A stretch of DNA of 64,000 nucleotides from an uncultured Candidatus Saccharibacteria bacterium. Lineage in GTDB: Bacteria; Patescibacteriota; Doudnabacteria; UBA920. The notes beneath the pieces are model-generated. The model was not told where the DNA came from and ran no database searches. It saw only the letters and a program-made list of their open reading frames with translations. Positions within the stretch are counted from its first letter, which is position 1; each line of letters begins with the position of its first letter. Below are positions 31,335 to 41,867 of this stretch, in pieces. A program made the translations under genes and the position numbers. The stretch is from positions 2,750 to 66,749 of the forward strand of contig CAZVXT010000003.1 in assembly GCA_964631145.1 (NCBI GenBank). Reading direction: 5' to 3'.

Positions 31335-33125
31335 ATGAATTCAACTAGTCCATCGGTTAAAACCTTTGGCAGTTTTGAACAATTTTTGCATGATCATGGG
31401 TTTTTGAATAAAACCCAGTATGATAAATTGATTAGTTTAAAATCTGCTAAATTTGGTTCAGCCTCTGAAATAATGGATCCAAGTAAATTATCAGATTTGC
31501 TAATAACTGAGAAATTACTTGAAGAAGAAGATGTTGCTAAAGCAAAAGCAGCTTTTTTAAATTTACCTTATATCGATCTCGCTAAAGAAACAGTGGTTGA
31601 TCAAGTTTTGGATTTGGTACCTTCAGAGTCCCGCAATTATTACAAAATGATTCCTTTTTCTTTGCAAGGAAAAGATTTAAAAATTGCTTTATATGACCCT
31701 TCTAATTTACAAGCGTTAGAAGCTTTAGAGTTTTTAGGTCAAAAAGATGATTATCAGATACATATTTATGTAGCATCAATGTCCGCTATTAATGCTTTTT
31801 TGCAAGGCAAAAAAAATATTAAAGATGTAGTAGTAGAAGCATTAGATGACCTAGGTGATAATGTTATAAAAGAAAAACCAGAACAAGAAAAGCCTCAAAA
31901 TACTCAAGTTCAAGAAGGTTCTTTAACTACTGATCAAGCTCCTATTATCAAAATCGTAGAAGTTATTTTATCTAATGCTATTGAAGCTAATGCTTCTGAC
32001 ATTCATATTGAGCCTTCTGAGACAGATGTAAGGGTGCGTTATCGCATTGATGGTATTTTGCATACATCACTAAGACTTCCAAAAAATGTTTTGTCTGCTA
32101 TCGTGTCTCGTATTAAAATTTTATCTAATTTAAAAATTGACGAAACTAGACTGCCTCAAGATGGTCGTTTTCATGCCGAGTTGGCGAAAAAATCAGTTGA
32201 TTTGCGTGTGTCTACTTTACCTTTGATGTATGGCGAAAAGATTGTTATGCGTATTTTGGATAAGACTGCTTCTGTTCCAACACTTGAACAATTAGGTATT
32301 AGAGGTAAGGCTTTATCGTGGGTAAAAGAAAATATAATGAAAACTCACGGCGTGTTTTTAATAACAGGACCTACTGGTAGTGGTAAATCAACAACTTTAT
32401 ATTCTATTTTGAGTTTGCGCAATACTAATGATGTAAATATTGTAACCTTGGAAGATCCAGTAGAATATTTTATCGAAGGGGTCAATCAAAGTCAGATTAA
32501 GCCAGAAATAGGATTAACTTTTGCAGCTGGACTGCGTAGTATTCTCCGTCAAGATCCTAATATTGTGATGGTTGGTGAGATCCGTGATGAAGAGACTGCA
32601 GAGTTAGCCGTGCATGCCGCATTGACTGGTCACTTAGTATTTTCTACACTTCACACTAACAATGCAGTAGGTGCTATTCCACGTTTAGCTAACATGAATA
32701 TCGAACAATTTTTGCTAGGCGCTTCTATTAATTTGGTTATGGCGCAGCGTTTGGTTAGAAGGTTGTGTGATAACTGTAAAAAACCTATAGAATTATCTGA
32801 TGTATTGAAAAAAGAATTAGATACTGCTTTGGCAACTGTGCCAAAAGAGTATTTGGATAACTTTGATCCAAAAACCTATAAAGTTTATCAAGCAGTAGGG
32901 TGTGATAAATGCGGTAATATCGGTTACAAGGGTAGGTTTGGGATCTATGAAGTATTGCCAATGTTTACAGAAATTCAGGACCTGATTTTTAGCAAACTTC
33001 CAGCTCATAAAATTTATGAAGCAGCTGCAAAATTAGGGATTATTACTATGAAACAGGATGGTTTGGTTAAAGTTGCTCGCGGCGAAACTAGTTTTGAAGA
33101 AATCGCTCGTGTAACAACAGAATAA
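31335..33125 (+). CDS. pilB: Type IV pilus assembly ATPase PilB (GspE family).
   Basis: Walker A GPTGSGKST; tetracysteine CDNC ... CDKC. Confidence 0.9.
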   Translation: MNSTSPSVKTFGSFEQFLHDHGFLNKTQYDKLISLKSAKFGSASEIMDPSKLSDLLITEKLLEEEDVAKAKAAFLNLPYIDLAKETVVDQVLDLVPSESRNYYKMIPFSLQGKDLKIALYDPSNLQALEALEFLGQKDDYQIHIYVASMSAINAFLQGKKNIKDVVVEALDDLGDNVIKEKPEQEKPQNTQVQEGSLTTDQAPIIKIVEVILSNAIEANASDIHIEPSETDVRVRYRIDGILHTSLRLPKNVLSAIVSRIKILSNLKIDETRLPQDGRFHAELAKKSVDLRVSTLPLMYGEKIVMRILDKTASVPTLEQLGIRGKALSWVKENIMKTHGVFLITGPTGSGKSTTLYSILSLRNTNDVNIVTLEDPVEYFIEGVNQSQIKPEIGLTFAAGLRSILRQDPNIVMVGEIRDEETAELAVHAALTGHLVFSTLHTNNAVGAIPRLANMNIEQFLLGASINLVMAQRLVRRLCDNCKKPIELSDVLKKELDTALATVPKEYLDNFDPKTYKVYQAVGCDKCGNIGYKGRFGIYEVLPMFTEIQDLIFSKLPAHKIYEAAAKLGIITMKQDGLVKVARGETSFEEIARVTTE

Positions 33126-33129
33126 CACT

Positions 33130-33555
33130 ATGGATATTATTACTAATAAAAAATTTTCATTAAGAAATGTCCCGTTTATAAGTCTGTATGGTAGGAGTGT
33201 TTGTTTGGTAGATGATGACGAAGAGTCTTTAAGTGTGTATGAATACAAACTTAAATCTGTTGATATAAAAGTTTTGCCTTATAAACATTTAAAAGATTTA
33301 TTATCTGATCATATGTCCTCAGAAACAGAAGTTGTAATATTAAATCCTTTAATAAATAATACCTTGTACGATTTAAGATGGATTGAAAAGCTCAAGCAAT
33401 TTTATAGCCCTAAACCTATCTTAACTATAAGTAAAGGCATGCAAGACTCTCAATTAGATGCTATTATGACTATAGGTGTAAACTATCATATTAATCGTGA
33501 TTTAGCTGGTCCGCAGGATTTATTGATAGCTTTAGAACAGCTTGTAAGAAATTAA
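33130..33555 (+). CDS. Degenerate receiver (pseudo-response-regulator) domain protein.
   Basis: VCLVDDDEE aligns to the CheY acidic pocket, but the phospho-acceptor position reads ILNPL (Asp replaced by Asn) and the conserved Lys is absent. Confidence 0.45.
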   Translation: MDIITNKKFSLRNVPFISLYGRSVCLVDDDEESLSVYEYKLKSVDIKVLPYKHLKDLLSDHMSSETEVVILNPLINNTLYDLRWIEKLKQFYSPKPILTISKGMQDSQLDAIMTIGVNYHINRDLAGPQDLLIALEQLVRN

Positions 33556-33564
33556 AATAAAAAC

Positions 33565-34635
33565 ATGTATAAAGCTAGCGAATTAGAATTAAATAAGTTA
33601 TTAGAAATTACTCTTGAGCGCAATGCTTCTGATTTGCATTTGCAAGTAGGAGAGCCGCCAATATTACGTATAGACAGTCAGCTTAATAGGTTGGAAGACT
33701 ACCAAGTTTTTAGTCAGGATGCAATTGAGGATTTGATTGAGGTAATGTTGAATGCAGAACAAAAGAAGAAGTTTTTAGAAGAAAAACAATTGGATTATTC
33801 TTATTCTTATAAAGAAAGTGCACGTTTCCGCGTTAATGTTTATATGGCTCAAGGTGTTTGGGCTGTAGCTTTTCGTTTGATACCGACTAATATCAAAACT
33901 TTAGAGGAATTGGGCTTGCCTCCAATGCTTAAAAAGTTTACAGAAAATAAACAAGGGTTGGTTTTGATGGTAGGTCCTACTGGTCATGGTAAGTCTACTG
34001 CTCTAGCCGCTATGATTAATGAGATTAATAATACTCGTAGTGAACACATATTGACCATTGAAGATCCTGTAGAATTTTTATTTACACATAAGCAATCTTT
34101 TATATCTCAACGTGAGGTTGGGTTGGATACTGTATCCTTTGATTCTGCGTTAAAATCTGCTTTACGTGAAGATATTAATGTTGTGCTGGTAGGTGAAATG
34201 CGTGACCTAGAATCTATCTCTGCCACTCTAACCCTAGCTGAAACAGGACATTTAATTTTTGCCACAATGCACACCAATGATGCAGCTCAAAGTATTGATC
34301 GTGTGGTGGATGTATTTCCAGCAGAACAGCAAGCGCAGATTCGTGCGCAGTTAGCAAATACTTTGTTAGGTGTTGCAAGTTTGCGTTTGTTACCTAAAGT
34401 TGGAGGAGGGCGTATACCGGCTACAGAAATTATGGTTGTCAATCATGCTGTGCGTAATGTTATTAGAGATAATAAAATTTACGAGATAGCAAACATTATT
34501 CATACAAGTATGGATGAAGGAATGATCCCTTTAGATAAAAGTTTGGCGCAATTAGTTCAGCAAGGTGTTATAGAACTTAGTGTGGCGCAAAATTATGTAT
34601 TGGATAATGATTACTTCATGTCCTTAATTGGTTAA
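33565..34635 (+). CDS. pilT: Twitching-motility ATPase PilT.
   Basis: Walker A GPTGHGKST; 356 aa. Confidence 0.9.
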   Translation: MYKASELELNKLLEITLERNASDLHLQVGEPPILRIDSQLNRLEDYQVFSQDAIEDLIEVMLNAEQKKKFLEEKQLDYSYSYKESARFRVNVYMAQGVWAVAFRLIPTNIKTLEELGLPPMLKKFTENKQGLVLMVGPTGHGKSTALAAMINEINNTRSEHILTIEDPVEFLFTHKQSFISQREVGLDTVSFDSALKSALREDINVVLVGEMRDLESISATLTLAETGHLIFATMHTNDAAQSIDRVVDVFPAEQQAQIRAQLANTLLGVASLRLLPKVGGGRIPATEIMVVNHAVRNVIRDNKIYEIANIIHTSMDEGMIPLDKSLAQLVQQGVIELSVAQNYVLDNDYFMSLIG

Positions 34636-34640
34636 TTTTT

Positions 34641-35846
34641 ATGAAATTTTCTTATCAAGCCAGAAACAATCAAGGTGAATTAAAAAAGGGTTTTGTCATT
34701 GCAGCAAATAGTGATAAAGCTGAACAGCTGTTGGCTAATAATGGCTTGGTTATTATTAGCCTTAATGTTCAGAAAGATAATTTGCTGCAAAAGATCGACT
34801 CTTTATTAAACCGAGTTAATTATAAGGACCTGGTAGTATTTTCTAGGCAGTTGTCCACGTTGGTAGCTGCTAGGGTGCCGATTTTGCAGTGTTTGCGTAT
34901 TTTAGAAAATCAAATTCCTAGTAAAGGACTTTTGGTAATTATTAGAAATTTAATTGCTTCTATAGAAAGTGGACAAAGTCTATCTTTGGCGATGTCTAAG
35001 CATCCTGAGGTTTTTGGAAATGTTTATATTAGCTTGGTTAAAAGTGGTGAAGCTTCAGGAAACGTTTCTGATTCTTTATCTTATTTAGCAGACCAGTTAG
35101 AAAAAGATTATGATTTGCGTTCTAAGGTTAGGTCAGCATTAACTTATCCTGGGTTTGTTTTATCAGCTTTGGGCGTTGTAGGAGTTTTGATGTTTAAATT
35201 TGTTTTGCCAAGCTTGGTATCTGTTTTGAAAGAACAAAATGCAGAATTACCTTTTGTGTCCCGTATTTTGATTCAGTTTACAGATTTTTTCCAAGTGTAT
35301 TGGTGGGTGGTCTTGATGATTATGCTTGGCGGGGCAGCTTTGATCAAAGTCTATATTTCAAGCAAGTCTGGGCGATATAATTGGGACTATGTAAAAATTT
35401 ATTTACCTGTTATTGGAGATATCTTACAAAAAGTTTACATGGCTAGATTTTCTAGAAACCTATCTACCTTGGTTTCTGGGGGGTTGCCAATTATTCAAGC
35501 TTTGCGTATTGTAGCAGATGTAATTAACAATGCGGTTTATAGAGATATTATGTTGCAAACTGCAGAACAGGTAACTAATGGAAAAAGCATTAGTGATTCT
35601 TTAGCAAAGCACGAACAGTTTCCTCCTTTGGTAACCCAGATGGTTAGAGTGGGGGAACAAACTGCAGAGCTTGATTCTATTTTGTTAAAGCTCGCTTTAT
35701 TCTTTGAAAAAGAAGTAGATACTAAAATCGCAACTCTTTCTAGTTTGTTAGAGCCTATCATTATGGTGATATTAGGATTAGGTGTCGGTGTGTTGGTTGC
35801 GGGTGTTCTGCTTCCAATTTATAACCTTGCAAGCTCTGTTAATTAG
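34641..35846 (+). CDS. pilC: Pilus platform protein PilC (GspF family).
   Basis: Two GspF repeats and TM helices; 401 aa. Confidence 0.85.
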   Translation: MKFSYQARNNQGELKKGFVIAANSDKAEQLLANNGLVIISLNVQKDNLLQKIDSLLNRVNYKDLVVFSRQLSTLVAARVPILQCLRILENQIPSKGLLVIIRNLIASIESGQSLSLAMSKHPEVFGNVYISLVKSGEASGNVSDSLSYLADQLEKDYDLRSKVRSALTYPGFVLSALGVVGVLMFKFVLPSLVSVLKEQNAELPFVSRILIQFTDFFQVYWWVVLMIMLGGAALIKVYISSKSGRYNWDYVKIYLPVIGDILQKVYMARFSRNLSTLVSGGLPIIQALRIVADVINNAVYRDIMLQTAEQVTNGKSISDSLAKHEQFPPLVTQMVRVGEQTAELDSILLKLALFFEKEVDTKIATLSSLLEPIIMVILGLGVGVLVAGVLLPIYNLASSVN

Positions 35847-35972
35847 TTGTTGATAACTGATTTGCTTATTTAACGCTCGCGTTGTGCTATAATATTTATA
35901 GGTATAAATTAATTTTAAGATGATCAGTATAATAATATTTATTATTAGCTGTGACTTCTTGGCCTAAGGAGA

Positions 35973-36389
35973 ATGGTGGTGAATAAAGTGAAAAATCACA
36001 ACCAAAAAGGGTTTACGTTAATTGAACTTTTGGTGGTAATCGCCATCATTGGTCTATTAGCTTCAGTAGTATTGTTGGCATTAAACTCTGCTCGTCAAAA
36101 ATCTCGTGACGCTAAGCGTTTAGCTGATGTTCGTCAACTTTCCAGCGCATTGGAACTCTATTTCAATGATAACAATGGATATCCGGCATCTCTATCTAGC
36201 TTGGTCACTAACTATATGGGACAATTGCCAACCTTCCCAACTCCAAGCGACAGCTGTAACACAGCTTCCTACGCTTATACTGGTACATCCGGTGCTAGCA
36301 CATATCAGTTATTGTTCTGTGTCTCTGCTCCAACTGGCGGTATTACCCCAGCTGGTACACACACCCTAACTCAAGCTGGTATTCAATAG
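35973..36389 (+). CDS. pilA: Major type IV pilin.
   Basis: Prepilin leader ... NQKG|FTLIELLVVIAIIG with Glu at +5. The true start may be GTG 35979. Confidence 0.85.
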   Translation: MVVNKVKNHNQKGFTLIELLVVIAIIGLLASVVLLALNSARQKSRDAKRLADVRQLSSALELYFNDNNGYPASLSSLVTNYMGQLPTFPTPSDSCNTASYAYTGTSGASTYQLLFCVSAPTGGITPAGTHTLTQAGIQ

Positions 36390-36399
36390 TTAGCTATAT

Positions 36400-36432
36400 A
36401 ATAAACAAGTCCTTCTTTGAAGGGCTTTTTAT
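36400..36432 (+). terminator. Pilin terminator.
   Basis: aagtccttc-tttg-aagggctt followed by a T-run. Confidence 0.55.
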
Positions 36433-36469
36433 TTACGCTATTTTTAACTTTAATATTTATTTAGTTGTT

Positions 36470-38470
36470 TTGCTGGTTTGGTTTGATATACTTGATTATA
36501 TGGAAAACATTTTAAATAAGCTACGATTACCATATAGGGAAGATACTTTGTATGGGATTTTATTTCTATTTGCCTTTATCGCTCCATTGGCTTTTAATCC
36601 TTGGCTACTGGAGGGGTATGAAACCACTCGCTTCGCACTAACTTTGATATTAACAGGGGCAGCGGTATTGGTTGCGGTTTATAATAATAAAAAAATCAGT
36701 ATTACTTGGTTGTCTATTTTTTGTGTGGGATTTTTATTAATTAATATCCTTAGTCTAATTACAAGTAAAGATGTAGTGATTAGCTTATTTGGTTTATACG
36801 GTAGATTTACTGGCTCGATACTATTTCTTATATGCTGGTTAGTGATGATTTTTTTATTTGCCTCAATTAAAGATTTTGGAAAATATAAAACCATTTATAA
36901 AATGTTAGTAGTAAGTGGTTCATTAGTTTCTGTACTAGGTATCTTGCATAGTTTTGGTATAGGGTTTTATGCTGGACCTGATAGTGGTGCTAGACCGATT
37001 GTTCCAGGTTTTATTGGCAACCAAAATTTTGCTGCCATGTATTTGTTAGGAATTTTTCCATTATTACTACCTTTATTTACTGAAAGTAAAAATTTTTATA
37101 CTAAGATTTATTATGCACTTACCGGGTTATTTATGGTGTGGGCAGTTATGGTATTTGCGAGCCGGGGCGCTATTTTGGCTTTGGCTGGAGCTTTATTGTT
37201 TGGATTGGGGTTATTGTTAATAAGAAAGACTTCGTGGCTATCAAGATTAATTGTTGCTGTTGTTTTAATTATTTCGGTTGTCTTTGGGTTTTTATTTTAT
37301 AGTACAACTAGATATGAAAATACAGCTGAAACTTTTACTAGCCAAGAGGTAAGTGCTCAAACACGCTTGGTGGTATGGACAAAGAGTGTAGAATTGATCA
37401 AGCAATATTGGTATTTAGGATTAGGACCAGGAAATTTCTTTATTGGATTTAAAACTTTTGGCGACAATATTTTACCCAGCAATGAAAGATTTGATGATGC
37501 TCATAATTTATATTTGCAATTGGCTTCTACCATAGGAATTTTTGGTTTATTATTATTCTTGGTTATCTTGTCCATTGGGTTCTATATAACTTTAAAACAC
37601 TATTGGAAGACTCAAGATTTGTGGTCATGGGGTTTTTGTTTAGCCTTTATAGGCTTGGCTATTAGTTATACTTTCAACCCTGTTAGTCTACCTAACTGGA
37701 TATTATTAGCTGTTTTGATTGGTATAGTAAGTGGAAATTATTTAGATGATATTAGAGCGCTAAGTATTCAAAACAAATTTTTAAAATTATTTATAATTGT
37801 TTGTTCTGCTTTGTTAATTAGCGCAGGAATTGGTTTTTATGGGAGTGAGTTGTTTGCCACTGCCACAGTTCATGCTTATAGGGCTAATCAAATAGAGTCT
37901 GCAAAAAAATATGGAAAGGCTGCTTTAATTCTTAACCCATTTAATAATACTGCTCGGGCATATTATACAGCTAGCTTAATTAAGACCAATTACGATCATC
38001 AAAAAATTAGAGGTTATATAGAAGATTTTTATAAATACCACAAGTTGTCTTCAGGAAATCAAAAAAATACAGCAGATTTGTATTTTATGCTGTACCGTAA
38101 AACTAATGATCAGGCTGATTTAGATAATAGTCTAAAGCATTTAGAAACATCTTTGCAGTTAGAACCTAATTATTCTCAGTTATTAATTAATTCAGGATAC
38201 TTGCTATATCAGGCGGGGAAGATTGATGAAGCAGAATTAAAGCTTAAACAAGCTGTGGGTTTAAGTAGTCAAGGGAAATTCTTTTATGCAGAGTTATTAT
38301 TGGCTCAGATCAATCTCGATCACGGTAAATTTGATCAAGCATTGTGGTATTTAGATCAAGCAAATAATATTCAACCAAATATTTTATTAAAGAAAGCTCA
38401 AGAAGACATTAAATCTAAAAAATTACCAAATAATAAACTTCCTATTTATTTGCCAGACGTAGATATATGA
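36470..38470 (+). CDS. O-antigen-ligase (Wzy_C)-like polytopic membrane protein fused to C-terminal TPR repeats.
   Basis: About 12 TM helices followed by TPR-like repeats (YYTASL ... LLYQAGKIDEAE ...). Confidence 0.6.
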   Translation: MLVWFDILDYMENILNKLRLPYREDTLYGILFLFAFIAPLAFNPWLLEGYETTRFALTLILTGAAVLVAVYNNKKISITWLSIFCVGFLLINILSLITSKDVVISLFGLYGRFTGSILFLICWLVMIFLFASIKDFGKYKTIYKMLVVSGSLVSVLGILHSFGIGFYAGPDSGARPIVPGFIGNQNFAAMYLLGIFPLLLPLFTESKNFYTKIYYALTGLFMVWAVMVFASRGAILALAGALLFGLGLLLIRKTSWLSRLIVAVVLIISVVFGFLFYSTTRYENTAETFTSQEVSAQTRLVVWTKSVELIKQYWYLGLGPGNFFIGFKTFGDNILPSNERFDDAHNLYLQLASTIGIFGLLLFLVILSIGFYITLKHYWKTQDLWSWGFCLAFIGLAISYTFNPVSLPNWILLAVLIGIVSGNYLDDIRALSIQNKFLKLFIIVCSALLISAGIGFYGSELFATATVHAYRANQIESAKKYGKAALILNPFNNTARAYYTASLIKTNYDHQKIRGYIEDFYKYHKLSSGNQKNTADLYFMLYRKTNDQADLDNSLKHLETSLQLEPNYSQLLINSGYLLYQAGKIDEAELKLKQAVGLSSQGKFFYAELLLAQINLDHGKFDQALWYLDQANNIQPNILLKKAQEDIKSKKLPNNKLPIYLPDVDI

Positions 38471-39282
38471 TAAAAAATACTCCTCAAGATTGCATGGGCA
38501 ATCAACCAATTACCACAAAGTTATGGATAGCGTTAAAGCTTTTAAGTAATCCTATAACTTTATTATTAGATAAGTTAGGTTACCTTAAAAACCCTATGTA
38601 TATTACAAGGCAAGGGGTCAAGTTTTTTACTCGAGGTAAAACAACTGATATAAATGATGCGGTTGTGGTTTTGTCAGGGCACGAATACCCTAAAGAGTTA
38701 TTAGGATTATCTGAGATGGGTCATCCTGTAATTTTAGATGTGGGAGGGCATATTGGCACTTTTACTATGTATATAAAAAACTTATATCCTCATGCAAAAA
38801 TTATTGCCATGGAACCTGTGTCTGATAACCGTGTTTTTTATAATCGTAATATTAAGCTAAATAATTATCAAAATGTCACATTGCTCCCGTATGCTTTATA
38901 TTCTCAAACTGGACAATTTTACATAGATTTATCTAATAAGCAATATGACGCTGTAAGTGTGCAAACCGAAAAACCAATCCATGATGATTATGTGACCATA
39001 GACGCCGTAAGTTTTGAAGATGTTATTAATAAAAATAATATTGCTCATATCGACTTGATGAAGTTAGATATTGAAGGAGCAGAATATGATTTATTAAATA
39101 CTCAATTACCAATAATGTCTAATACCGTTAAGCGAATTATTATGGAGTATCATCCCGCAGGAGATAAGGCAAAGCGAAATCAGCTTGTATCTTATTTTGA
39201 CCAAGCAGGGTGGGGATTGGTATATGAGACAAAAAATATTTTAGGGTTTGATAATAATAGATTTGTTGTAGAAAATGAATAA
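38467..39282 (+). CDS. FkbM-family methyltransferase.
   Basis: VILDVGGHIGTFT motif; overlaps the upstream gene by ATGA. Confidence 0.6.
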   Translation: MIKNTPQDCMGNQPITTKLWIALKLLSNPITLLLDKLGYLKNPMYITRQGVKFFTRGKTTDINDAVVVLSGHEYPKELLGLSEMGHPVILDVGGHIGTFTMYIKNLYPHAKIIAMEPVSDNRVFYNRNIKLNNYQNVTLLPYALYSQTGQFYIDLSNKQYDAVSVQTEKPIHDDYVTIDAVSFEDVINKNNIAHIDLMKLDIEGAEYDLLNTQLPIMSNTVKRIIMEYHPAGDKAKRNQLVSYFDQAGWGLVYETKNILGFDNNRFVVENE

Positions 39283-40570
39283 GTCTTTATTAAAATTTGT
39301 ATTACTCATTTTGCCATCAATATGTTGGTATTATTTGGGTTTGTTTATAACTATTTCTTTATGGTATCCAGAAGGCTTGTCTTCTGGATTGCTATATAGT
39401 CATATTATTAATTTTTCTATAATTTATATTTTATGGCTATTAGTCTGTTTTATTTTTACTCTATTTGACTTTGATATATTTTTAAATAGCTATAAAATTA
39501 TTGCTCGAATTATTAGTGTAATGTCTTTAAATGGAGTTATTGCAGTGGCTTATTTTTATTTTCAGCCTGCATTAACGCTAACTCCGCGCAGATTTTTATT
39601 AACCCATATAGCTATTACAACAATTGGTTTATTTATTTGGTATGCATTTTTGCAATTGATTTTGCCATACTTTAGTAAGCGTCTTATTTATATTTATGAA
39701 GGTGTAAATCAAGAACGATTTTTAAATTGGTTTGAAAAAGCAGAACTAACTAGTAGTTTTTGGAGGTTTGCTGGTGTCTTAAATAGCGACATGGGTCAAA
39801 ATCAAGAGTCTGGACTTGTGGTGGTTAATGCAGAAATTATAAATAATTCGCATGTTGCCAGCTCTTTGCTCTTATTAAAGCAAAAAGGTTGGGATATTAT
39901 TAAGCAAGAAGTTTTGCACGAACAATTGACCAGAAGAGTTATGGCTGATCATTTAAACGAGCAGTGGTTCTTGGACTTTGTTCGTTATGACAGGCATGTA
40001 ATATTTGATTTGATTAAAAGAATTGCTGATATTTTTTTTGGACTGATTGGCTTGGCTATTTTAGTAATTTTATATATACCGATAGCTTTAATAATCAAAA
40101 TATCCGATAAAGGGAGTGTATTTTTTGTGCAAGAGAGAGTGGGTTTGTATAATAAGACTTATAGATTGTATAAGTTTCGGACAATGAAAAACGGGCAAGG
40201 TGATACTTGGACTATGCACAATGATGACCGTATAACAACTTTTGGAAAGTGGCTTAGAAAGCTACGTATTGACGAGCTCCCGCAAGTGATTAATATTTTA
40301 AAAGGTGAAATGAGTCTTGTTGGTCCTCGTCCAGAGCAGCCTCATTTTGTAAATGAGTTAGCAGTCAAAATCCCTTTTTATAACCAGAGGCACTTTGTAA
40401 AGCCTGGTTTAACTGGGTGGGCGCAATTACATGTTTACGCTGCTTCTATAGAAGAAAGTCGTCAAAAGCTCGAGTATGATTTATATTATGTCAAACACCG
40501 CAGTGTTTTGTTTGATATAGAGATAGTATTAAGAACTATTTTTCATATTTTATCTTTAGCCGGTAGATAA
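39275..40570 (+). CDS. Polyprenyl-phosphate sugar phosphotransferase (bacterial sugar transferase family).
   Basis: KFRTM ... DELPQ ... GEMSLVGPRPE catalytic region; N-terminal TM helices. Confidence 0.8.
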   Translation: MNKSLLKFVLLILPSICWYYLGLFITISLWYPEGLSSGLLYSHIINFSIIYILWLLVCFIFTLFDFDIFLNSYKIIARIISVMSLNGVIAVAYFYFQPALTLTPRRFLLTHIAITTIGLFIWYAFLQLILPYFSKRLIYIYEGVNQERFLNWFEKAELTSSFWRFAGVLNSDMGQNQESGLVVVNAEIINNSHVASSLLLLKQKGWDIIKQEVLHEQLTRRVMADHLNEQWFLDFVRYDRHVIFDLIKRIADIFFGLIGLAILVILYIPIALIIKISDKGSVFFVQERVGLYNKTYRLYKFRTMKNGQGDTWTMHNDDRITTFGKWLRKLRIDELPQVINILKGEMSLVGPRPEQPHFVNELAVKIPFYNQRHFVKPGLTGWAQLHVYAASIEESRQKLEYDLYYVKHRSVLFDIEIVLRTIFHILSLAGR

Positions 40571-40590
40571 GCTAGTGTATAATTATATAT

Positions 40591-40971
40591 ATGTGGCAAA
40601 AACCTTGGTTTAAAATTATTATATTCTTGTTCGTATTAATTGTTTTGTTAGGGCTTTCTTGGTGGGGGTATGTAAATGGGCAAAAAGCTGCTAAGAGCAA
40701 GCAGGTTGTTAAGGATGTTAAATCCGTTATATCTGCTTTAGAATACTTTAAGGCAGATCAAAATCATTATCCTTCTATTGACGAGTACGCTGATAATAAT
40801 ATAATGAGAAATTACCTCAGCAATTTCCCTCCAGTACAATTTGTCTCGGATGTGTGTGATTCGAGTTATAATTATTACAGTTCGAATCCTCAAAGTTACG
40901 AGCTTCGCTTTTGTTTATCAAAATCTGTAAGCGGTTATAAAAAAGGTTGGAATAGTATAATGTCTAAATAA
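40591..40971 (+). CDS. Small membrane-anchored hypothetical protein.
   Basis: N-terminal TM helix; 126 aa. Confidence 0.4.
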   Translation: MWQKPWFKIIIFLFVLIVLLGLSWWGYVNGQKAAKSKQVVKDVKSVISALEYFKADQNHYPSIDEYADNNIMRNYLSNFPPVQFVSDVCDSSYNYYSSNPQSYELRFCLSKSVSGYKKGWNSIMSK

Positions 40972-40977
40972 ATTGAT

Positions 40978-41772
40978 ATGTGGTTTTTAATTTTATTTTT
41001 ATTTACCTTCGGGGTTATAATAGGTAGTTATTTAAATGTATTGGTCTTAAGACTGCCAATTGGCAAAAAAGCTAATGGCAGGTCTTTTTGTTTTGGTTGC
41101 AAGCATCAGTTATCTAGCTTGGATCTTGTCCCTGTTTTAAGTTATTTATTTTTAAAAGGTAAATGTCGTTATTGTAATCAAAAGATTTCTTCTAGATATT
41201 TAATAGTTGAGCTTGTTACAGGAACCCTTTTTGCTTTGAGTGCTTATATTCTTTTTCCCCATTCGCTCTATGATATAGTTTTTCTAGTTTTTGCATTGTA
41301 TGTTGTATGTGTTTGTATTGTGGTTTTTATAATAGACTTGGAACATTACTTAATTTTGGATAAAGTTATTTTCCCTAGTATTTTCATAACCGCACTATTT
41401 AAAATTTCATTAGTTGTTATAAGTTCTGGAAGTTTTTTTGAATTATTATACAAAACACTCTTTGCTTTATTAGTAGCACCTCTAATCTTTTATGTATTGT
41501 GGTTAGTTTCTAAAGGGAGGTGGATGGGGTATGGTGATGTAAAGTTTGCAATATTTATGGCTATAGTTTTAGGCTTTCCTGTGGTAACAGTAGGTTTATT
41601 TGGATCGTTCATTATGGGAAGTATTGTATCTGTAATTTTAATGATATTTTATAACAAACATTTGGCATCCAGAATTCCGTTCGGTACTTTTCTTGCGGTT
41701 TCGACTATCCTGTCTTTATTTTATGGGGAGCAAATTTTGGATTGGTATTTACGTATTATGCTTTTAAAATAA
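40978..41772 (+). CDS. pilD: Prepilin peptidase (A24 family).
   Basis: CFGC ... CRYC zinc motif and polytopic membrane domain. Confidence 0.85.
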   Translation: MWFLILFLFTFGVIIGSYLNVLVLRLPIGKKANGRSFCFGCKHQLSSLDLVPVLSYLFLKGKCRYCNQKISSRYLIVELVTGTLFALSAYILFPHSLYDIVFLVFALYVVCVCIVVFIIDLEHYLILDKVIFPSIFITALFKISLVVISSGSFFELLYKTLFALLVAPLIFYVLWLVSKGRWMGYGDVKFAIFMAIVLGFPVVTVGLFGSFIMGSIVSVILMIFYNKHLASRIPFGTFLAVSTILSLFYGEQILDWYLRIMLLK

Positions 41773-41867
41773 TCGCACACCTATATTAAAAATGGTTAGC
41801 GGTTTGATATTCAATCACTTTACGGTTGCCGGATTATTATAGTTATATGAACAGACAGTGTTATAAT

